A stretch of DNA of 64,000 nt from Octopus vulgaris. Its lineage: Eukaryota. A program made the position numbers and the translations under genes. Shown here piece by piece: positions 25,123 to 37,993 of the stretch. Each line of letters starts with the position of its first letter. Positions within the stretch are counted from its first letter, which is position 1. Location of the stretch: positions 72,044,001 to 72,108,000 of the forward strand of contig OX597824.1 in NCBI GenBank assembly GCA_951406725.2, in the 5' to 3' direction. The notes beneath the pieces were generated by a model. The model was not told where the DNA came from, ran no database searches, and was given only the letters and a program-made list of their open reading frames with translations.

Positions 25123-25554
25123 TGTAACAGGATGAGGGCTCAGGAACACTGGTGGGGTGTCTGATCTGATCCTGTCACATACAATTTAAGTTGAATAAAC
25201 AGAGACAAAGTCAGGTGGTTTTCGATCACAGTAAGTGGTGGTTTATTCTCGGTTACAGGTAAGAACTAGTGCATGTGTATCTCTAGTAGGGAAGCCGGCA
25301 GCCAAATCCGCAGGACTGGTTGCAAGGCAAGACGATTCGTTGGTTCACTCCCGTTTCGTTGGGATGAGGTTCTCTAAGTGAAAGTCAAGCCACGTCCGAC
25401 CGCTAGCGCTGCTCATGCCAGAAAGGCCGATTTAGCGGTCAGGGTTTTTGGTTTCAGTTCCTGCACATGCACATGAGGAAAACTTCCGGTGGCCAACTGG
25501 AAGTAATCCAATTCTGCGCATGTGCGCTGAAACTTATACAGTAGTGTCACTACA
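25123..25554 (-). mobile_element. Solo LTR (Gypsy-like), 432 bp
   Basis: TG...CA termini (TGTAAC / CACTACA); 4-bp TSD GATG at 25119-25122 and 25555-25558; GC-rich; minus-strand AATAAA; inserted in a family D SINE. Confidence 0.8.
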
Positions 25555-25828
25555 GATGCATTGTGATACATGTTCTGGTTCTTTGCATTCTGAGTTCAAA
25601 TCCCACCATGGCTTATTTGGGTGTTACACAACATGTTGCCTAGTTTAATATCACCACCTGGCACTTTAGGTGTTCTTGGCAGCATCCACTCTGTTGCAAG
25701 CATTCAGGGCTGATCCCTACTTTGAGGATACCTTCCTCCCTACCTTTTACCAGTCTTGCAGGCTTTGAGAAAGGTCATGGGGACTGCCTTCTTTCCTGAC
25801 TGAAAGATAATTTATATGATATATATAT

Positions 25829-26234
25829 CTTTTATCTTTTACTTGTTTCAGTCATTTGACTGCGGCCATGCTGGAGCACTGCCTTTAGTCGAGCAAATCG
25901 ACCCCAGGACTTATTCTTTGGAAGCCTTGTACTTATTCTATTGGTCTCTTTTGCCCAACCATCTAAGTTACAGGGATGTAAACACACCACCATCGGTTGT
26001 GTAGCGATGTTGGGGGGACAAACACAGACACACAAACATATACACACACGTACATATATATATATATATATATATACACACGACGGGCTTCTTTCAGTTT
26101 CCATCTGCCAAATCTACTCACAAGGCTTTGGTCGGCCCGAGGCTATAGTAGAAGACACATTCCTGTAGTGGGAATGAACCCGGAACCATGTGGTTGGTAA
26201 GCAAGCCATTTACCACACAGCCACTCCTGTGCCT
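25829..26234 (-). mobile_element. SINE family A
   Basis: Similarity to 110-570, with a small internal deletion. Confidence 0.9.
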
Positions 26235-26385
26235 ATATGTAAAATTTAATAAACACAATATATATTTTTATGTGCAACTATTAGTTTCATGTGCTGAGAA
26301 TATGAGCACATAAAAATATATTGTGTTTATTAAAAAATATTTATCTCTCACTAGATGGAGTACTTTTTTTGTTGACTGAACAATA

Positions 26386-26424
<39 letters not shown>

Positions 26425-26803
26425 CATCATCATCATTGTTTAATGTTCGCTTTCCATGCTAGCATGGGTTGGACAATTTGACTGAGGTCTGGCGAACCAG
26501 ATGGCTGCACCACACTCCAATCTGATCTGGTAGAGTTTCTACAGCTGGATGCCCTTCCTAACACCAACCACTCCGAGAGTGTAGTGGGTGCTTTTACGTG
26601 CCACCGGCACAAGGGCCAATCAGGCGGTACTGGCAACGGCCACGCTCAAATGGTGCTTTTTATGTGCCACCTGCGCAGGAGCCAGTCAGCGGCACTGACA
26701 ACGACCTTGCTCGAATGTTTTTCACGTACCACCAGCACAAGTGCTAGTAAGGCGATGCAGGTAACGATCACGCTCGAATGGTGTTTTTAACATGCCATCG
26801 GCT
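26425..26803 (-). mobile_element. Family E RTE-tail element with diverged internal repeats
   Basis: Similarity to 4449-4830. Confidence 0.8.
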
Positions 26804-26879
26804 CATACATATAATCATTGTAGAAAGAAATTGACTTTATGGTACGACTTGTCTTTAAACTCTGACTTGACTATATTGG

Positions 26880-27098
26880 TAGTAGATGCAGAGGAATTGT
26901 GAGTAGGGGGTAGCCAGTTCAGTATGTATGGGGTGCTATGAAGTGAAATCTATGTAGAAATGGGTATCAGTGAGTTTGTAAAATACACCAGTGGAGAGAG
27001 ATTGGTGTTCAACAGAAACTGAGATGTTCAAGAAGTTGAGAGAGCTGGTGGAGGTGAGTTCTATGGCATGGGCATGGAAGGAGTTAATGAAGGTTGTT
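26880..27098 (-). pseudogene. Penelope-like reverse transcriptase thumb relic
   Basis: FINSFH...SLNFLNISVS...LSTGVFYKLTDTHFYIDFTS*HP matches the PLE pattern FLD...T.VY.KPTD...YL.F.S.HP. Confidence 0.75.
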
Positions 27099-27958
27099 TT
27101 CTTCTTGAGATGAGGGACTTGGGTCATTTGTACTTTCACAATCTGGCTGATTTTTAATTAAAAATAAGCACGCATAAAAGAACCCTACTTTCTCACTGTT
27201 CTTTTAATCTTCGCATGAGTGTATTTCTGATGAGTAAAACTGCCAAAGTGTTTTAATTAATTTCTAATATATTTAGGATTTAGAGGGATTTAATGAAATA
27301 ACCCTAAACTTATATATTTATTGCTTTTATTGTTTTTTAACCCCAGGCTATTCCCAATTGAGCAAACCTGTGATGAAATGCATTCCAGCTACGATTCTCT
27401 TGTCTTTTCCAGGATATCTAAGAATCAGTTATACAGTATCTGCTTTTGCTTTTAAGACTGTAGTGTATAATTTGAGGTAGATTTGGATGCTATATTGGTG
27501 GGGTTAAACTGAACAATGGATTAAGTCTTTTAACCGAGTAAGCTACAGTGGGATTTTAGCTCAGAAGGCAAAGGGTCAGAACAAATATCACAAAGTATCT
27601 AATCCAATATTCCTTCAGTTCAACTAATCTGCTGCTCTGGGTTAATACATTTTTAAAATAAACCCTCAAAAGTATAAAAAGCAAAGTTGACCTTGATGGA
27701 ATTTGTACAAAGAGCACAGAAAGTTGAAATAAATACCATGGGATATTTTATCTGACATTATTTTACATTGAATTTCTGCACTTAGAATGTCCCAGAGTAG
27801 GAACCTTAAAGTTTTATTGAATTGGATACACTCAGAAATAGGAAACTTTTTCATAAAAAGCTATGTTTTTCAGTAATGTTCAGCACTTTTATTGGAAAAA
27901 ATTTTTTGTAAGTCTCTAACTTAGCTGGAAATAAATATATGTACATTGGTTTTGTTAA

Positions 27959-28349
27959 TCTCTCTATATATAAAGCTGAAGTTGTCTGTGTATGGCAGGT
28001 TTGGTAGCCTTCAACTAACACTATCTCCTCTGAGACCCTGCAGCGCAAGTTGACCAAAATTGAGAGTATGATAGAAGAAGGTTTGCTCTTCCTTCTGTAG
28101 AAGAAAAAATTCAAATCGGACCATGTTAACACCAAAAATTACTTACATCAAAAAGGTGCTTTTTTTCTATGAAAATCCCTATTTGTTACGATTTTTTACT
28201 GCTGTGTCGCCATTTTTCGGTGTATTTCAACCAGAGAAATGTTCACTTAAAGAGAATAACAAGCTACATAATGCAAAATTTTTACTTTTCAAAAATTCCA
28301 ATTCTAAAGGGTTGAAACAAACCTGAGCAACGCTGGGCGATACTGCTAG
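27959..28349 (+). mobile_element. Non-autonomous Helitron, 391 bp
   Basis: A|TC 5' end (tctctctatatataaagctg); subterminal hairpin cctgagcaacgctggg; CTAG|T 3' end; no TSD. Confidence 0.8.
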
Positions 28350-28673
28350 TTACTCATAAATCTGGACTTATTAAAATAATTTTGGCATGTAAATCTTGGG
28401 ATAATTAGTTTGCAAGCTATCTTTATTCTAAACATACACTGTTTGAAAGGCGAAGGCATTCTCTGAAGATGAAATATGACAGTGATTAGCATATTCACAT
28501 TTAAATCTGTTGAAATGTATTAAGAATGTTTATGTACACCATTGTTATCTTCAATCTAGTGATTGTTATAGCATTGACATTGTCATACATTATAAAGATT
28601 GCAGGGTCAACATTCATTACAATTATCATCATCATTTTAATGTCCACTTTACATGCTTGCTTCATTCTTTTAA

Positions 28674-28888
28674 CCCTTTCGTTACCAACCCAGCTGAAAC
28701 CGACTCTGGCTCTCAATACAAATGTCTCGTTTTCATAAGTTTTGAATTAAAATCTTCCACCAAACCTTAGTTACAATTTATGTTCCTAACACTAAATTCT
28801 TTTACTAAATTTTACTAAATTCTTTATTATATTTAAAGTAATTGAAAGAAATACAGAGCATCTCAAAATAAATTCAGTAACAAAAGGG
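28674..28888. mobile_element. piggyBac-type MITE (family P1)
   Basis: TTAA|CCCTTTCGTTAC...GTAACAAAAGGG|TTAA. Confidence 0.9.
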
Positions 28889-30259
28889 TTAAAGTAAACC
28901 TATACAGTAATTTTTAAGGAGCCCCAAGAGAGAGATGGTTAAAATAAAAAAGAAAAAAAGGCTTAGTAAATTAAAATTGAAATTTAGTTTATTTCAGCCT
29001 ATATTATCCAATATATTCTGCTCTTTTAGGATATAAATTGAAGGAAATTTGGACATTCTAACCATAATCATCCTGTTTTTTTTTAAATCCAAATATAGAA
29101 TTACATATTCATTGTGTTTGTTTTTAAACGTTTTTCCAAAAGTATTTTATGGGAAAGACTTAACCACAGTTTCTAGCAGACTCTGTGTCCACATTTAGGC
29201 TCCCTTGTTGGCTTGGGGTTAATTCTGATTGATGGTAGTGGTAGTGGTGGTGGTGGTGGCATGTTAATTTGGGTATTTCATTTTTCTGTACTTCACCCCT
29301 TCTCTCTCTAGTAACAGTTTATAGAAAGGAAGTGAGATATTACGTAATATGTCTGGTGCCTTGTTAATTGAAGTGTCCTTCACTGTAAGCCATAAGCTGG
29401 TCTTTGGAGTTGAAAGTTGTGTGTGTGTATAGAACTAATATAACTTCTATTTGTGCCTTTGCATATGCGTGAGTGAGTCAAAGGAGTTTAGGTAATGCAT
29501 GCATGTATATGTATTTGTATCCATTTGTGTATGTGTATATGATGGACTGCTTTCATTCTGTTTGTTCTAGTCTTTGTGTACATATGGTCTTTGTGTATAT
29601 ATGTATGTATGTTCATTGTTTTGTATGTTTATGCAGTATACATTTGTGTGTGTGTGTGTGTGCATATAAAATTGTGTGTGACTGAATAAGTATGTACTAT
29701 TAATAGGTAAGGAAGTTAAGTAGCAAAAGTCATTAGTTATGCTTATGATAATGAGACTAACAAGCTTTCTGTGTAATTTGGTTTGCATTTTGATTAAATC
29801 TTGTAATATATACCCCCACTCGTACATGTATTATGTGGTGTGTATGTGATTTTAAATACGCACATACACACACACACACACACACACCTATATAAATATA
29901 TAATATATATACTACTAGTATATAATATATATACTATATAATATAATATGCTATTATATATGCATTTATCAATTTTGTATATGACACAGGCCAAAAGGAT
30001 GTAGGTTATCAGGTTTATATACTTCAAGTCATGACACATGGTCATGACTTGAAATTTCATTATCATTGTGTTGAGCTCATGAGCAAAGCACGTAGCTCAG
30101 TAACAACTTCTACATCACAACTGAATAGTTAACGGCACTTTTTCTCATGTTTCTCTGTTTTATGTTGAGCTTTGTTTCACCTATTCCCTGACCATTTTCG
30201 CATGTCGTATTCCTGAATGTAGCAAATCTCTGGGCTGGGTTTGAACTTAAAAGGTTTTC

Positions 30260-30480
30260 TTTTTATCTTTTACTTGTTTCAGTCATTGGACCATGGCCAT
30301 GCTGGGGCATTGCATTGAAAGGTCTTGTGGAACAAATCAGCCCCAGTACTTTTTAAGGCTGGTAGTACTTATTATACCAGTCTCTCTTTGTTGAACTGTT
30401 AGTTATGGGGACATGAACTAACCAATACTGATTGTCAGGCAGTGGGTGGGGGTTGTATAAACATAAAGATTCACACACAC
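30260..30480 (-). mobile_element. SINE family A, 3' half, diverged
   Basis: cttttacttgtttcagtcattgga... Confidence 0.75.
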
Positions 30481-30654
30481 ACAAGCTCTAGTTGTTAAGA
30501 CTGTTGTGTCACATACCCAAACTCCATACTCAGTGACCAGACTTATGAGTTAAACAACAAAATCTTTAAATTAAGAACATTAAAAATCCCTTTAAGAGAA
30601 ATATAAGCTTCAAGTTCAAACCTAGCCTAGAGATTTACTCAATCCTTCTTATAT

Positions 30655-31937
30655 ATCAAGTCATCCCATAAGTTCTGTCCGAATTTTGAATAAAGAAAAC
30701 AAGTGATCAAATGTTATATTTAATTGAAATTTAATCATCAATGTACTTTACTTTTCCTGATTATCTATGACTTCCTTCCATCTATTTATAAGCTTTTTTA
30801 ATCCCATCAATGTAAAACTCTTTTGGTTTCAAAGCGGAAAACTATGAAATGTCAGTTTCGATCTCCTGTCTTGCGAAAGTTATGTCCCCCAAATGATTCT
30901 GTAAACTACGAAACAAATGGTAGTCTGAAGGAGCAAGGCTGGGAGAATAAGGTGGATGAGGAATTTTTTCCCAACCAAGCTCTTTGATCTTCTGTGATGT
31001 AATCTTTGCAGTGTGGGGTCGCACATTGTCCTGACGAAACATCACTCCTTTTCGATTCACTAAAGCGCATCGTTTTTTCTTCAAATATTGGTTCAAATGC
31101 TCTAATTGCTGACAGTAGACTTGAGCATTGATTGTTGCATTAGGTGGTAATAATTCAAAGTGAATTACTCCTTTGTAGTCCCACCAGATAGAGAGAAGAA
31201 CCCTTTTCCCATGAAGTTTCCTTCTCGGTTGTGGTTGAGCTTTTCCCCTTTTACCAAGCCACTGTTTACGACGTTTAACATTTTGATAGAAGATCGATTT
31301 TTCGTCACCAGTCACAAGTCTTTCTAAAAAGGGTAAAATGAGTTCACGAGAATGGAGAGAAGAGCAGATATCAACTCGGGATTTGTGGTTGCTTTCGGAC
31401 AATTCATGAGGCACCCATTTTCCAAGTTTACGAACCTTTCCAAGTTGTTGAAGATGACGATGAACAGTCGTATGGTTTGAACTAAGCTTTATTGCCAATT
31501 CTTCAACTGATAATGCAGGATTTTCTTCAAGTAATGCCTCAAGGTGCTTATCAAACTCAACTGGACATCCTGTTCGATCTTCATTTTCAAGGCTGAAATC
31601 TCCACTTCTGAATTTTGCAAATCATCTTCTGCTAGTTCTTTCATTCAAGCATTCTTTCCCAAAAACTGAATGTATGTTTCGAGTTGCTTTGGCTGCAGAG
31701 TTTCCGTTTTTGTACTCATAAAGCATTATGTGCCTTAAATGCTCTTTGGATACTTCTATGTTAGAAAGGGTTTTAATCAAAGAAATTTTTATTCTATTAT
31801 TCTCTAAAATAATATTTAATTAGTTTAAATGTACACAAATGCATAAAAATAATTTCTAATTCCATTAGACATTCTAAAATACTATTAAATTTCATTCAAT
31901 TTTAAAAAAGGTAAAATCAGACAGAACTTATGGGATG
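30655..31937 (-). mobile_element. Near full-length mariner (DD34D) element
   Basis: TIR catcccataagttctgtccgaatttt and its inverse ending at 31937, where the outer bases are lost; ~1.28 kb. Confidence 0.92.
30731..31759 (-). pseudogene. Mariner transposase pseudogene
   Basis: WVPHEL, VTGDEK, QDNVRPH and YSPSLAPSDY; start codon mutated to ATA (xEVSKEHLRHIMLYEY); premature stops in RR(W)F and at 30842. Confidence 0.93.
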
Positions 31938-32199
31938 TTCCTTCTGTGTCTTCCACTTCTGTGAACATCAACTTGCAGAAGGTGGTGGTGGTGGTAAGCT
32001 GGTAGAAATGTTAGAGCATTGGGTAACATACTTTGTGGTATTTTTTCCACAAAGTGTTCAAATTTCATCAAGGTGAATTTTGCTTTCCATTCTTCTGCAA
32101 TCAGTGAATAAAGCACCTGTCAAATACAGGGGGGATATAATTGATTATCTCCCTACACTTAAGGTTGTTGTCCTTCTGCCAAAATTTGAAACAATTAGT

Positions 32200-33077
32200 A
32201 TTCGTTTATTACTTGCTGGGTCTGCCAGAAAGGGCAATGTCTATTTTCTTGGCAGGATTTCCTCAACCATTGAAATTGATGTCATTCATGCTCCTCTTGA
32301 ACCCTTGTAAATAAACACTTGTAGAAAAGAAAAGACACGAGCAGTAAGGGTGGAATTCCTGAGGCTCGATGTTCTGGGATAGAAGGACAGTGTAGGGATC
32401 TTTTTGGTTTGAACTTCAGTTTTTTCTAGCGGTGCCATATGAAATTGTCACCCATAATTATGACCCTAGTATCGATCTATTGCATTTCAATCTGTTTTAG
32501 GGTTAGGGTTAGGGTTAGTGGTGGTGGGAAGGGTATCTTTTTTTCTTCAGAAATGTAAATAAACCCAAACTGTTTCTTAAACGAAGGACATATTCATACA
32601 GCACAAAATGTTTTCACCTCAATACACGTCATTGATTGGTTGAAATTGCAGAAATTGAAGAAAAAAAACAACAAATACCTTACAAACTATAGAATTTTCT
32701 CAATAAAGCCAATAGAAAAAGATGTTTTATAAACACATTCTGCCAGTATACGAAGTTTAAAAGTGTTTAGTTACGTGGAAATTATTTTAAAAAACTGCCA
32801 TTCAAACTGAAAAGATCCCAGTGTAGTGATGAGTGTGGGGCCTGATGGGGTTGGATACAAGGGTGATAAAAGGAAGAGAGATGAGGGGGATGGGAATGTC
32901 TGAATGAAAGTAACATGAACCCAACCAGCTCTGAAGAGCAGAAACCATTATAGTAACAGTAGTAAAAGGCAGAGAAAGGAGACAATTTGCTTGTGGGCCA
33001 GTGGCCGGAACATGTCTGTGAGCAACTTTATGCCAGTCAGTAGGGTTTCCCTTTTTTTCTCTGATGTGGGGTTTCAC
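32200..33077 (-). mobile_element. CR1/L2-group LINE 3' relic, interrupted by a DNA transposon
   Basis: FYYCYYNGFCSSEL ... SFYPRTSSLRNS ... LQGFKR, split at 32395-32819. Confidence 0.6.
32395..32819. mobile_element. Unclassified non-autonomous DNA transposon with 6-bp TSD and internal (TTAGGG)n
   Basis: TIRs GGGATCTTTT..GTTTGAA / TTCAAAC..AAAAGATCCC; TSD agtgta at 32389-32394 and 32820-32825. Confidence 0.88.
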
Positions 33078-33081
33078 TTAA

Positions 33082-34147
33082 CCCTTTCGTTACTATATTT
33101 CTGACCAAAATATGTGTTTCAATTAATTTCTAACATAATCATAAATTTAGTCTGGTTTCATTAAACAACTATAACTTTTTTATTTATCAATATATTAACG
33201 TGAATTTTGGAAGATAATTTAATGAAATGTTCTCAACCAATTCTATACTATAATTTTTGTCACAAAGTGACTCTAATTGCAGGTAGATACAGGTAAATTC
33301 AACAAAATATAAAATTATTAAAATTTTGTTCAAACATCGCTATAGAAAATGGGTTATTAGCTAATATTCAATTGGGTATGCAACAAAATTTTACGATAGA
33401 ATTTGTTATTCTGGGTAACTTTCTGATACCCATAATAATATTTATGGCAAAATAGTCTTAATTTCATTTAAGGTTATGGGAAACCACTAACGATCCTTTC
33501 TTTCGTTTTGTTTACATTTAGTGTAACGGTTCGTTTCCGCCGTAATGATTTCAAATAGGCTCATTCGAAAAGTAAAAAGAAATAGTCTAAGGCTTTACTC
33601 TTCTGGGAAAGTCTGTGGCTTGGTCCAGTTTCTTCAGAAAAATCACTGAAAGAAACAGTTTTTAAATTCTCACTCCATTCAGGTACCAATTCATTTTCTT
33701 TATCGCTGTCGGAGCTCTCGGATTCACTGTTTTCACTTTCGGAAAATGAAACATCAGATTCATTATCAAATACCACATGCTTTTTTTTTTCAGTCATAGA
33801 GTTAGATTTATGAAGGTCTTCAGTAGAAAATCCTTCGAATTCTGACTTGCTGCTTGATATAATGAAATTCGTATCCATTTTTTGTCAGAATTACAAATTT
33901 TGAAAACACAATAGGAACAAATTTCGGAAAAAAATCTCCCAAAATTCACGGAATTAAAATTACACTTCGATTTTTGTACAAAACTGTAGTTGAACTCTTT
34001 ACGAAGTATAATACGTATTTTCACGAGTGTACTAAAGAGATTTGCTCTGATATTCTCATTTAAATATGAATAGGTAAATTCGGGCGGCTTTGGGCGGTTT
34101 GGTCACATTAACCAAAATTTTTTTCGGGCGGTTTGGTAACGAAAGGG
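33082..34147 (-). mobile_element. Internally deleted piggyBac element
   Basis: TTAA TSDs; TIR CCCTTTCGTTAC / GTAACGAAAGGG. Confidence 0.92.
33420..33878 (-). pseudogene. piggyBac transposase N-terminal relic
   Basis: Acidic Ser-rich N-terminus, EW...F...GP...LDYFFLLF, then AETNRY and WFPITLNEIK after a stop. Confidence 0.8.
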
Positions 34148-34930
34148 TTAAGTGGTATATCAACAAAGCTTACATTTATATCTCGATCTCACGTAAGGTC
34201 ATCAGTTTCAAAAGAACAGAGCGGTGTGGTGTAATTGTGGTTGAGCTACAATGAGGCCACAGTCCATTGATACAAATATCTATCGAATTTAGTGGATATT
34301 TAATCTGGTTTTTCTCTTTTTTATATTTTCTATATTTTACACAATGGCTGCCATATTGTGCTGAAATCTGCATTGAGTCCACTGATTGCATTTTTGGCAT
34401 TCTATGATAGTGCTGCTTTGATTTTTCTGAGGTTTGTCTGCTGCATTCCAAAGCAGTATTTGATTTCATTAGGGAAAGATAATTTACATGCTTATCAAAT
34501 AATACCATCTCACTATAGCCCTATAAATACTAACTGTAATTGAACTTATTTCCTTGTAATCTGACACCATCATTCCATTATTGACAGAGCTGAAATATTA
34601 CAGTCTCCATTTGTAAGGCAAAAGTGAACTTTGATATTCTATTGAATAAACATATCTGAAAAGCAAGATACTGAAAGTCATTTGAAGGTTAATATCTTTA
34701 CACACCTTCTTTACCAAAGAGTGTCCCCCCTCCCAACCGTCTTTGTCTCTGATCATGTGATCCCCAACCCACCCCCACTGCTTTCACTTTAACTACTGGA
34801 CTTTAGACCAATTAGTATTGCAGACGTAATTAATTTCTGTCTAATCAACAGTGTGATGTTAGCATTCGAATAAATAGCTTTCCCCGATATCTTTATTTTC
34901 AAAAATAAGATATCTACCAGCATGTATAAA

Positions 34931-34972
<42 letters not shown>

Positions 34973-35435
34973 ACACACGTGAACATGCACACAAAATTTG
35001 CATGCCACTGTATCCTTCTTGTTCCCCCTCTTCCTTGCTCTCCCCTTCTACCTTTCCATGTTCCCCTTCTCCTCCCCTTTCTCTTCCACTCCCCCTACAC
35101 ATGAGGAGGTAGTGTGTTTGAATAGATAAAGTATTTGACTGACTATCATCTAAATATTTGTGAGTCCATATCCGGTATGTCTGTTATATCTTTGAAATGG
35201 CACTTAGTTCTATGTGACTCTGTACCATTACATGTGGTCAGGTACTAAATACTCTGAGAACCTTACTGGTGACGTACTCTTCTTCTATCCAGCCATGGTT
35301 CACTCCACATGCAGCATGGAATCCAGACCCAAGCACAAACTTGGTATTTTTATGGTTCATGGATTCTTTTAATTTTTACTACCCATGCATGTGCACGCAT
35401 GCACACACACACACACTTCAAAATTGAAACATCAT

Positions 35436-36036
35436 TTAATCCTTTAGCATTCAGATTTCTTTGTCAAATGAATTGCTTATTTATTCACACTGTTTTGAAT
35501 TTGAATTAATCATGCATTACCTTTGTTGTTATGAGATTTCAATGGCATCATCATCATCATCATCATCATCGTTTAACGTCTGTTTTCCATGCTGGCATGG
35601 GTTGAATGGTTTGACTGCAGTCTGGATAGCCAGTGACTGCACCAGGCTCCAATCTGATCTGGTATTGTTTCTACAGCTGGATGCCCTTCCTAATGCCAAC
35701 CACTCTAATAGTGCAGTGGGTGCTTTTTACGTGCCACTGACACAGGAGTCGGTCAGGCGGGCCTGGCATCGATCACATTCAGATAGTGCTTTTTACGTGC
35801 CACCTGCACAGGAGCCAGTCAGGGTACTGGCATCGGCCATGTTCGGATGGTACTTTTAATGTGCCACTGTCTTGGGGTCCAGTCAGGCAGTCCTGGCATC
35901 GATGTTTGTATATTTTTGTATATTTTTTTAGAATGACATTGTAGGGTAGCTGTGAGAAGTTGGATCTGGTCAGTTTTGACATAAAATAAGAAGACTATTT
36001 CGGCCAGATATGGCCAGATTAAGTGTTAAATTGTTA
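35436..36036. mobile_element. piggyBac-type MITE (P2) interrupted by a family E element (35546-35900, minus strand)
   Basis: Both flanks align with 59742-59959; the insert matches 4449-4830. Confidence 0.7.
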
Positions 36037-36511
36037 AGTACATTTTATGCAAACTCTTTCATCAACCATATTTCTGTTAAAACACACTGCCTTTATTTCA
36101 ATTACTTTTGAAAATTATGAAGAATTTAATAAAATAACTTCGAAATTATTAAGTTGACATTTGGAACATATTAACATAAAAATGTGAGGGAAGGTTTTAA
36201 TTCATACCATTTTTAAGCAAGAAGTTTATAGGGGCTGTCTGAGGCAGGTTGGTATTGAAGGGGGTTAAAATAAACAGACAAAAAAACTCTAACATTGGGA
36301 ACATGGAAAATGTATTCTGGCAGTTGTTGAATTGGTCAGGAAGAAGAAATTTCAATGTCTAATAGCAGACACACACACACACACACACATGCACAGTTAA
36401 GTGAACAACCAGAAGAATGTAGTACTCAACACATGTTGGATTAGTAGATATTTGATAAATTGACTCAGCTCCGCATTACTCAGTTTTGCAGGCAGATATA
36501 TTCCTCTGCAT

Positions 36512-36545
<34 letters not shown>

Positions 36546-36547
<2 letters not shown>

Positions 36548-36986
36548 TCTTGATAGAAATAACTACAGGGGTATCAAACTGCTGGATCAGGTGATGAAGG
36601 TCACGGAGAGGGTCATAGCCCATCTCATTAGGGAGAGAGTTTGCTTAGATGAGATACACTTTGATTTTGTGCTGGGTAGCAGCACCACTGATGCCATATT
36701 CCTGGTTCGACAACTGCAGGAGAAATACCTAGCTAAAGATAAACCCCTATACTTGGCTTTTGTGGATTTGGAGAAAGCCTTTGACTAGGTCCCCCGTTCC
36801 CTTATCTGGTGGCGATGTGGAAACTGGAGATTGACAAATAGTTAATAAGGGCTGTACAGGCCCTATACAGAGAGGCCGTTAGTAAGGTTAGAATTGGCAA
36901 CAAGTATAGTGAAGAATTCCGGGTAGAAGTAGGGGTCCACCAAGGTTCAGCCCTCAGTCCCCTTTTATTCATCATAGTCCTCCAGG
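36546..36986 (+). pseudogene. RTE-clade reverse transcriptase fragment
   Basis: NYRGIKLL, STTDAIF, RQLQEK, FVDLEKAFD*V and GVHQGSALSPLLF; flanked by (TA)n. Confidence 0.93.
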
Positions 36987-36992
36987 TTATTA

Positions 36993-37014
<22 letters not shown>

Positions 37015-37031
<17 letters not shown>

Positions 37032-37230
37032 ATGAGAATGTGTGTCTGTGTGAATTCCTAAAACTTGAGAACTACACAACCAATTTCATTCAAATTTTAC
37101 ACATGCCTTACTTAGGGTCCATATAGTGTCATATAGATTTTACTTCTTGCCTAGTGCGAGCAATATTATATCTTCTGAAACAACATCTCTCTATTGTTAT
37201 GTCAGATACTTTCACTTTAACACTGAAACT
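37015..37230 (+). mobile_element. Probable Helitron 5' fragment
   Basis: tatatataaagatgagaatgtgtgtctgtgt...ccaatttcattcaaattttacaca; organised like the 5' end of 27959-28349. Confidence 0.45.
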
Positions 37231-37287
37231 AAAGTGAAACTATTATCTCACATATATACAGGCATACATACATATACACATACATAC

Positions 37288-37342
<55 letters not shown>

Positions 37343-37429
37343 ATATAGATGTATACATATACATCTATATATGTAGATGTACATGTAATATGTATATATA
37401 TACATATATACATGCATACATATATACTC

Positions 37430-37453
<24 letters not shown>

Positions 37454-37460
<7 letters not shown>

Positions 37461-37590
37461 GTGTGGCTGTGTGGTAACAAACTTTGTTCCAAAATATATG
37501 GTCCTGGGTTCGTCCCTCTGTGTGGTGACTTCGCATGTGTCTTCTGCTGTAGCCTTGTCAGTGGATTTTGCAGACAGAAACTGGAAGAAA
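37454..37590 (+). mobile_element. SINE family A, 5' half
   Basis: ggtgcaggtgtggctgtgtggtaa... Confidence 0.8.
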
Positions 37591-37611
37591 TCAATCATAT
37601 ATACTCTTTAT

Positions 37612-37993
37612 TCTCTTTTACTTGTTTCAGTTATTTGACTGCGGCCATGCTGGAGCACTGCCTTTAGTCGAGCAACTCGACCCCAGGACTTATTCGTTGT
37701 AAGCCCAGTACTTATTCTATCAGTCTCTTTTGCCGAACCACTAAGTGACGGGGACATAAACACACCAGCATCAGTTGTCAAGCAATGCTAGGGGGACAAA
37801 CACAGACACACAAACAAACACGTACACATACATATATATACAACGGGCTTCTGTCTACCAAATCCACTCACAAGGCTTTGGTCGGCCCGCGGCTATAGTA
37901 GAAGACACTTGCCCAAGGTGCCACACAGTGAGACTGAACCCGGAATCATGTGGCTGGTAAGCAAGCTACTTACCACACAGCCACTCCTGCGCC
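37612..37993 (-). mobile_element. SINE family A
   Basis: Similarity to 110-570. Confidence 0.9.

Noticed and set aside
30842-31498. Active or domesticated mariner transposase
   Set aside because: Start codon lost, in-frame stops on both sides of the ORF, one TIR truncated.
32497-32518. Telomere or chromosome fusion scar
   Set aside because: Only ~3.5 TTAGGG units, and they lie inside a TIR/TSD-bounded element.
34340-34620. Possible decayed LINE RT C-terminus on the minus strand (IYRAIVR)
   Set aside because: A single weak motif; too degenerate to call.
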